NCBI GenBank assembly: GCA_030018875.1
Contig: JASEHK010000001.1
Coordinates: 1-31,444, forward strand
Origin: Endomicrobiia bacterium
GTDB taxonomy: Bacteria > Elusimicrobiota > Endomicrobiia > PHAN01
DNA: 31,444 nucleotides
Reading direction: 5' to 3'
In this document: in pieces, positions 24,468 through 31,444 of the stretch
How positions within the stretch are numbered: the stretch's first letter is position 1
Layout of the letters: each line of letters opens with the position of its first letter
Translations under genes and position numbers: made by a program
The notes under the pieces: model-generated
Database searches by the model: none
Told to the model about the DNA's origin: nothing
Seen by the model: only the letters and a program-made list of their open reading frames with translations

Positions 24468-25947
24468 ACAAATCTTTCAGTATGGCATTGACCGCGGAGG
24501 GATTCGCGCGGCCCGAAGATTTTTTCATTGCCGCGCCGACGAGAGCCCCGAGCGCGCGTTCTTTGCCGGAACGGTATTCTCCGACGGCGACGGGGTTTTC
24601 TGTTATAGCGTCTTGGCAATACTTTTTTATGGCTCCCTCGTCGGTTATCTGGACGAGATTTTTTTCTTTTACGATGTCGGCCACGGTTTTGCCGCGAGAA
24701 CCCCCCGCAATTTCTTCAAAAACGATTTTCGCCGCTTTGCCGGATATTGCGTTCGAGGATATTAAATTGACTATTTCGGCGAGCGAGGCGGACTGTATCA
24801 AATCGTCGTATTGCGAAAAGTTCCCTCCCTTGGGTATGACGTCGCGCGCGTTGAAGCGTCCGAGCAGTTCGTTTATGACCCAGTTGGCGAGAAGTTTGTA
24901 AGTTTCGGGTTTCTTGTCCGCCAACGCGCGGGCTGCGGCTTCGAAATAATCCGCCAGAGTTTTTTGGGCGGTGAGAATGCCCGCGTCATAATCGGAAAGT
25001 CCGTATTCCGACACGAAACGTCCGCGCTTTGCCGACGGAAGCTCGGCTACCTGCTTGGCGACCATCGTCAAAAATTCCTCGGAAAGCTCCAGCGGCGGCA
25101 AATCAGGCTCGGGAAAATAACGGTAGTCGTTGGCTTCTTCCTTGGCGCGCATAAGGCGGGTTTCTTGGGCCGCCGTATCCCAAAGCCTCGTCTCCTGAAA
25201 TATCAATCCCCCCGACGACAAAACCTCCGTCTGCCTTTTTATCTCATATCCGAGCGCGTCGCGCACACCCTTGGTGGTGTTCATGTTTTTAAGTTCGGTC
25301 TTTACACCAAGCGCGGTTTGACCGACGGGACGGATGGACACGTTGGCGTCGCAACGGAATTTTCCCTCCTCCATATTACAATCGGAAACTTCGCAGTATT
25401 CGAGCACTGATTTAAGGGCGTTGAGATAAAGCCACGCCTCCTCGGGCGAGGCGATGTCGGGCTCGGTGACTATCTCCATAAGAGGAATGCCGGCGCGATT
25501 GTAGTCCACGAGCGTGTGGTCGAGTTCGCGCGATCCGACGGCGTGAAGAAGTTTTCCGGTGTCTTCTTCGAGATGAATTCTTTTTATGCGGATTTTTTTC
25601 GGCGGCGCTTTTTCATCGGATTTTATTTCGAGAAAGCCGTCCTCGGCCACGGGAAGTTCGTACTGCGATATCTGAAAGTTTTTAGGCAGGTCGGGATAAA
25701 AATAATGCTTCCGCGCGAATATTGATTTTTTGTTTATGCGACAGCCGAGCGCGAAGGCCGAGCGCGCTATGAGCTCTACGGCGCGCCCGTTCAATACCGG
25801 CAGAACCCCGGGCTGACCGGTGCATACGGGACAGATATTGGTGTTCGGCGGCGAGGCGAACTCCGTCGAGCAAGAGCAAAATGCCTTGCTTGAAGTTTTG
25901 AGGTGAGTGTGGACTTCAAGACCTATGACGGCTTCGTAGTTATTCAT
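24460..25947 (-). CDS. gatB: Asp-tRNA(Asn)/Glu-tRNA(Gln) amidotransferase subunit B
   Basis: IGLEVH, YFYPDLPKNFQISQ, HLEEDTGK, RCDANVS and YRYFPEPDLPP. Confidence 0.96.
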   Translation of the reverse strand: MNNYEAVIGLEVHTHLKTSSKAFCSCSTEFASPPNTNICPVCTGQPGVLPVLNGRAVELIARSAFALGCRINKKSIFARKHYFYPDLPKNFQISQYELPVAEDGFLEIKSDEKAPPKKIRIKRIHLEEDTGKLLHAVGSRELDHTLVDYNRAGIPLMEIVTEPDIASPEEAWLYLNALKSVLEYCEVSDCNMEEGKFRCDANVSIRPVGQTALGVKTELKNMNTTKGVRDALGYEIKRQTEVLSSGGLIFQETRLWDTAAQETRLMRAKEEANDYRYFPEPDLPPLELSEEFLTMVAKQVAELPSAKRGRFVSEYGLSDYDAGILTAQKTLADYFEAAARALADKKPETYKLLANWVINELLGRFNARDVIPKGGNFSQYDDLIQSASLAEIVNLISSNAISGKAAKIVFEEIAGGSRGKTVADIVKEKNLVQITDEGAIKKYCQDAITENPVAVGEYRSGKERALGALVGAAMKKSSGRANPSAVNAILKDLLK

Positions 25948-26282
25948 TGCGCGGATTTTTTCCCGACGGTCGTCGCGGCCACGGAACCATGGACATAGGA
26001 TTTCAGGCGCCCGCCGGAGCCGAATCTGTATTCGACCTCGCCAGGCTTCAGCATCCCCAATTCCCGTCGGATGGTCGCGGAGCAGTAGGCGTCGTTCGTT
26101 TCAAGAAGTTTTATTTCGTCGGCCAGGCGCTCGTTTTCTTTTTCTAATCGCAAGATATTGTCGAGCATTTTTCTTCTGCCTATCTCCTGCCTGATCAAAC
26201 GCCTTGAATTCGGATTGACGACGAGATAAACCAGCGCCGAGGCGATCAATATCTTCCTTATCGTCGAGGCGCGGATCTTCAT
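25944..26282 (-). CDS. ftsB: Septum formation initiator (FtsB/DivIC family)
   Basis: Single N-terminal TM, coiled coil, RRELGMLKPGE, and the conserved position after eno. Start set to ATG 26282. Confidence 0.85.
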   Translation of the reverse strand: MKIRASTIRKILIASALVYLVVNPNSRRLIRQEIGRRKMLDNILRLEKENERLADEIKLLETNDAYCSATIRRELGMLKPGEVEYRFGSGGRLKSYVHGSVAATTVGKKSAQ

Positions 26283-26286
26283 AAAG

Positions 26287-27648
<1,362 letters not shown>

Positions 27649-27684
27649 TCAATATCGCGCCGCTTACGTTTCCCGACTTCAAAG

Positions 27685-27713
27685 ATTCTATCAAATGGCT
27701 CCGTGATTTTAAA
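27685..27713 (-). promoter_or_regulatory. Possible internal promoter for eno-ftsB-gatB
   Basis: TTTAAA, 17 nt spacer, TG-a-TAGAAT (extended -10). It overlaps the upstream stop codon. Confidence 0.4.
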
Positions 27714-29085
27714 AAACCCACTCCGCTTCGCGGAGCGCCTCCGATACCGCTCCGGCAAGGCGCGCGGCGGATTTATCGTCCAGAGAGACTGCGCCTCGGC
27801 GAACGGCGTCGCGCAGACGCTTCAATTCCCGAAGCGCTTCCCGTCGAACTTTGGGAGATTTGTCGCGCCACAGCCCGACGAGAAGTTCCAATGTGTCGTC
27901 GTTGGCGAGACCGGCCAGCGACTTGGCTATGTTAGCGCGGATGAGTGGGTTTAAGTTCGTTGACATCTCTTTAAGAAACGTCAGGCATCCGTTCGGCGAG
28001 ACCGAATAAAGCTCGCGCGCATGAGACGCTATGCGCTCCCTTGCAGCATCAAGCGCGACCGATGAATCTTCGTCTATATAGGTGGCGTCGCCTATGCTTT
28101 CAAGCACTTTGGCCCGACCGCCGTGGACAGCCGCGTTCTGAGAGTCCGACGGAAAAAGCGCCCCGCCCTTGAGTATCTCTTCAATCTGTCTTTGTCTTAT
28201 GTCGAGCCCGAGTCGAAGTTGTTCCTCAAAATGTCTGTTCTTGATATTTTTTTCTTCTTTGAGTTCCCCTATTGCGCGAATGGAGTTTTCCTTTTCGTAC
28301 TTCAAGGCCTCTTTCATCCTTTCGAGTTCCACCGCGCGGGCGGCGGCGACGTTTTTGAGTTTTTCATTTTCTTCGACGACAATCGCGACTTTGCGCTCAT
28401 ATTTTTTGATTCGGCCCGGCATTATGAAAACAATGACGATATTGACGATAATAAACGCCGCCGCCGCGGCTGCAAACAAAGCGGCGGTCGCCTTCGTGAC
28501 GGCATACATCGGCGGAGGCGGCGGCTCGGCGACGATGGGAAAATGCGGGGCGAGCGGTGGCGCGGGCTTAACGGCCGCGGCGGGTTTTGCGGCCGACGAC
28601 GCCGGAGCCGACTTCGGTGAGGCGGAAGGCGGAGCGGTACGCTCCATTATATTTTTCGTTACATCGTAAAGGTTGGCTATTCTGGCGTCGGAAGGGTTGT
28701 AAACCCTCGCCTTTTCAAGATAGCCGAGCGCTTTTTTGTAATCGCGGGCGTTATGCGCATCCTGCGCGCCGTCGTAAAAAATCCTGGCCGCGAACTCCGC
28801 TATCTTGGTATTGCCCGGCTCAAGAGCCGCGGCATGAGCGGCATTTGAAGCCGCCGATTCTATATCGCCTTGGATGTATTTTTCCATGGCGGCGTTAAAA
28901 TATATGGCGGCGTCGGTTTCATTCTGCGTTAATTGTGCCGACGCGCGGGGCACAAACGCCGCGAACATTATCAGCAGGCACGCGAAAAAACGACGCGGGC
29001 GCGGCGCGTGGATATTTACCGATGGCCGCAACGATAACCGCCGGCAAACGGGTGAGTAAGCCCTTGAATAAATGTTGTTTTTCAT
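27709..29085 (-). CDS. Membrane-anchored hypothetical protein: signal, TPR, Pro/Ala linker, TM, coiled coil, HEAT repeats
   Basis: TPR-like helices at the N-terminus, a PA-rich linker, a hydrophobic segment, a heptad-rich region and HEAT-like NPLIRANIAKSL / SPKVRREAL. ATGA-coupled to the upstream gene. Confidence 0.75.
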   Translation of the reverse strand: MKNNIYSRAYSPVCRRLSLRPSVNIHAPRPRRFFACLLIMFAAFVPRASAQLTQNETDAAIYFNAAMEKYIQGDIESAASNAAHAAALEPGNTKIAEFAARIFYDGAQDAHNARDYKKALGYLEKARVYNPSDARIANLYDVTKNIMERTAPPSASPKSAPASSAAKPAAAVKPAPPLAPHFPIVAEPPPPPMYAVTKATAALFAAAAAAFIIVNIVIVFIMPGRIKKYERKVAIVVEENEKLKNVAAARAVELERMKEALKYEKENSIRAIGELKEEKNIKNRHFEEQLRLGLDIRQRQIEEILKGGALFPSDSQNAAVHGGRAKVLESIGDATYIDEDSSVALDAARERIASHARELYSVSPNGCLTFLKEMSTNLNPLIRANIAKSLAGLANDDTLELLVGLWRDKSPKVRREALRELKRLRDAVRRGAVSLDDKSAARLAGAVSEALREAEWVF

Positions 29086-30548
29086 CGTCCCTCCATATCC
29101 ATAACCGTCTGAATGCGCCGCAAAAATCCCAGCGCCTCGGAATTGGTCGGCTGTATTTTTATGACTTCGAAAAGCTCGCCTTTGGCGTCGGTATATTTTT
29201 TTTCGGCGGCAAAAAGACGCGCGCGCGCCAAATAAGAGTAAATCCGCGCCTTTTCGTTGTCGGGCTGGGCGCCTATTATCCAGAGGGCGTTCTCGACGAC
29301 ACTCGCATAATCTCCCTTTTTGTAATCCGTCTCCATCTCGAACATTTTTCTTTTTACTATGGCCTCGCTCGTGATGGCTTTGATTTCGGCAAGCATTCTG
29401 CGGGCATCCTCGTTGCGAGGATCTATCTTGAGTATCTGACCCAACTTTGCTTCGGCGCGGGCATATTTTTTTTCGCCGAAGTCCCGAGCGGCCGATAAAT
29501 ATATTGACGATATTTTTCTTTCTCTGGCGAGGCGGTCGCGCTCGTCGGAGAGAAATTTTCTTTCGAGCGCCGCGCTCCTTGATATGGCGGCGCGCTCGTA
29601 CTCGAGATTTCTGAGTTCCTCTTCGGCGCGAAGCTCGGCCGCCGTCGGCTCGACGGAAAACCGCGTCGTGACCGTGAAAATGTGCGCTATGCCCAAAGGA
29701 TGATAAAACATCCCGTAGTCAAAACTCGCGCGGCGAAACTCCAGGCCGAATCCCGCGGATACGGATTTTTTGTTGAGGCCGGCGCGCCATGTGATTCCGC
29801 GCGGATATTCGTACCGGGCGCCGACGAACCACTTAAGCGCGGCGGAAGCGGAGAAAGCCGCCTGATAAAGCAAATCGAAACTCGCCGATGCGCGGCGATG
29901 AGCAAAATAATGCTTGATGCCGCCGCGCAGCGACGGCCGTATCTCGTCGGCGCCGACATAAGACGGCGCCGCGCTTTGGACGGCGAGGCCGGCCTCGACA
30001 TCGTCCAGATAGAACATCGCGCCCAAATCGCACGTAACGGCTGACGCGGAGTAATCGGCCACGCTTTTGGTGTAATATTTCAGGGCTCCGGCGGCCACAC
30101 AACCTCCGCCGATGTCGCGCGAATATCCCGTCTTCATCATTATTTCCGAGGCGCCGAAACTGCCGGTGTCCTCGCCGAGTTCATTGGTGCCCGGCACGTC
30201 GCCAACGGACACGCCGGAGACGGAAGTCCACAGCGTGCGACACCCCTTAAAAGATGAAAGAGTGGTCTCAAGAGGTAAAACGTAAACGGCCGAATACCGG
30301 TTCGCGCCCTCGAAAAGCGGCGAAAATGTCAGCGATACTTCCTCTCGAAATCTCGACGAAAAACCGGCGGGATTATAATATTCGAACCCCGTGCCGCCCG
30401 CGCCGAGGGCGTCCGCGGATTGTCCGGAGGACTCCATGTTTTCGAGGGCGTGCCCCGACGAGCCGCGTTCCTGGAACCACGCGAAAGACCTTCCCGTGAA
30501 AGATAGCGCCAACGCGGCAAGAAAAGCGGCCGCGCGATGTTTTTTCAT
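29082..30548 (-). CDS. PorV/PorQ-like beta-barrel protein with a C-terminal coiled coil and TPRs
   Basis: Signal peptide, YYNPAG motif, amphipathic strands (TCDLGAMFY, FDYGMFYHPLG) and TPR motifs. Confidence 0.7.
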   Translation of the reverse strand: MKKHRAAAFLAALALSFTGRSFAWFQERGSSGHALENMESSGQSADALGAGGTGFEYYNPAGFSSRFREEVSLTFSPLFEGANRYSAVYVLPLETTLSSFKGCRTLWTSVSGVSVGDVPGTNELGEDTGSFGASEIMMKTGYSRDIGGGCVAAGALKYYTKSVADYSASAVTCDLGAMFYLDDVEAGLAVQSAAPSYVGADEIRPSLRGGIKHYFAHRRASASFDLLYQAAFSASAALKWFVGARYEYPRGITWRAGLNKKSVSAGFGLEFRRASFDYGMFYHPLGIAHIFTVTTRFSVEPTAAELRAEEELRNLEYERAAISRSAALERKFLSDERDRLARERKISSIYLSAARDFGEKKYARAEAKLGQILKIDPRNEDARRMLAEIKAITSEAIVKRKMFEMETDYKKGDYASVVENALWIIGAQPDNEKARIYSYLARARLFAAEKKYTDAKGELFEVIKIQPTNSEALGFLRRIQTVMDMEGR

Positions 30549-30913
30549 TTTTTGGCCAGTTGGGCGATTTTTTCTATAAGCGTCGCGATAGGAAACGGCT
30601 TCTCAAGATAGGCCGCCACATTAAGCTCGCTCTTGCTCTCGAGAAGCTCTTTGAGTTTGGCGTGGGCGGTAATCACTATCACCGGCGCCGAGGCCGTCAA
30701 CGGATCGCTCTTGATTTTTGCGGCGAACTCTCTGCCGTCCATTTTGGGCAGCATCAAATCAAGCACCACGACATCGGGGAGGAATGAAGTCATCTTCTCG
30801 AGAGCGTCCTCTCCGTCGAGCGAGATTTCGACTTCGTGGCCCGCATGTTCGAGCGCCATCGCCACAATCTCGGCGATGTCTTGTTCGTCTTCGACAACGA
30901 GTATTTTGGACAT
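30545..30913 (-). CDS. Single-domain response regulator (receiver)
   Basis: LVVEDE, VVLDLMLP (phospho-Asp), VITA and EKPF. SD AGGAGG. Confidence 0.92.
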   Translation of the reverse strand: MSKILVVEDEQDIAEIVAMALEHAGHEVEISLDGEDALEKMTSFLPDVVVLDLMLPKMDGREFAAKIKSDPLTASAPVIVITAHAKLKELLESKSELNVAAYLEKPFPIATLIEKIAQLAKK

Positions 30914-30933
30914 AAACGCGCCTCCTAATGTCG

Positions 30934-31003
30934 GGATTAAGTGGTAAGGATTAAGTTTTGTATTTTTTGCCTAATCCTTATCACTTAATCCTTAATCCTA
31001 ATT
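30934..31003. repeat. Long inverted repeat built from degenerate CTTAATC heptamers
   Basis: GGATTAAGTGGTAAGGATTA (30934-30953) pairs with 30972-30991 with one G-T. Tandem CTTAATC at 30984-30997. Confidence 0.75.
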
Positions 31004-31008
31004 GTAAA

Positions 31009-31444
31009 TCATCTTTTTATGACGGCAATTTTTCTTCTCAATTTTTCGCCCGCGGCGGCGACCTCCAGAATGTACACGCCCGACGCCACCGTCATACCGT
31101 CGTCATTCTTTCCGTCCCACAAAATCTCGTTGGCGTATCCGGACTCTTGACTCCTTGCGCCGTCGGCGGCGGCCGCGTATTTGCGAACTTTTACAAGATC
31201 TCCGGCCAGAGTGTAAATTCTTATTTCGACGTCCGATGCGACGGTAAGCGTGTAAATTATTCTTGTTTTTTCCCTGAGCGGATCGAACGGATTAGGATAG
31301 TTGGCCAGGGACATAACGCCGCGGGATGGGGCAAGCGCCGCCAAAACCGAAACGTATCCGACGCCGCGGAGCACAAAACGCAAACGGCCGCCGGACGCAA
31401 CCGGAAGAGTAGGCGCCAAAATCCAGCGGGAAGCGTTTTCGTCG
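31009..31444 (-). CDS. C-terminal part of a secreted protein with a FlgD-Ig / T9SS-type C-terminal sorting-like domain; truncated by the window edge
   Basis: NYPNPF, EIRIYTLAGDLVK, WDGKNDDG, VASGVYI and KIAVIK. The frame stays open to the window end. Confidence 0.85.
   Translation of the reverse strand, partial: DENASRWILAPTLPVASGGRLRFVLRGVGYVSVLAALAPSRGVMSLANYPNPFDPLREKTRIIYTLTVASDVEIRIYTLAGDLVKVRKYAAAADGARSQESGYANEILWDGKNDDGMTVASGVYILEVAAAGEKLRRKIAVIKR

Overview
A 31.4 kb gene-dense bacterial chromosomal segment in the standard genetic code. It is probably from a diderm, Elusimicrobiota-like organism; this is inferred from the PorV/PorQ-TPR, FlgD-type C-terminal-domain and DUF2723 proteins. 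From left to right: (1) an ArsR-DsrE-porin-TsoY-like membrane protein operon that runs off the left edge; (2) a decayed intergenic zone with palindromes and an unannotated zeta-toxin/COG4185-type ATPase fragment; (3) an AT-richer accessory operon encoding a tandem-PH-like/thioester-domain-like protein, a translationally coupled micro-ORF, a protein with a C-terminal M15/LAS peptidase domain, an exported partner and two zinc-ribbon proteins; (4) an exported cyclophilin-DJ-1/PfpI fusion; (5) an Rrf2-metY-cysK-metX-metW sulfur amino acid operon; (6) an unexplained, highly structured ~140 nt RNA-like element between divergent promoters, followed by glyS; (7) an unannotated, internally deleted clpB/clpC remnant; (8) trmD-rplS-rnhB-yraN-comM; (9) a DUF2723-TPR gene converging on gatB across GTAG-type REP elements; (10) eno-ftsB-gatB; (11) a FlgD-CTD / receiver / PorV-TPR / TPR-HEAT cluster that runs off the right edge. 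I found no tRNA, rRNA, CRISPR array or transposase. Family assignments come from motif recognition by eye; no database search was run.
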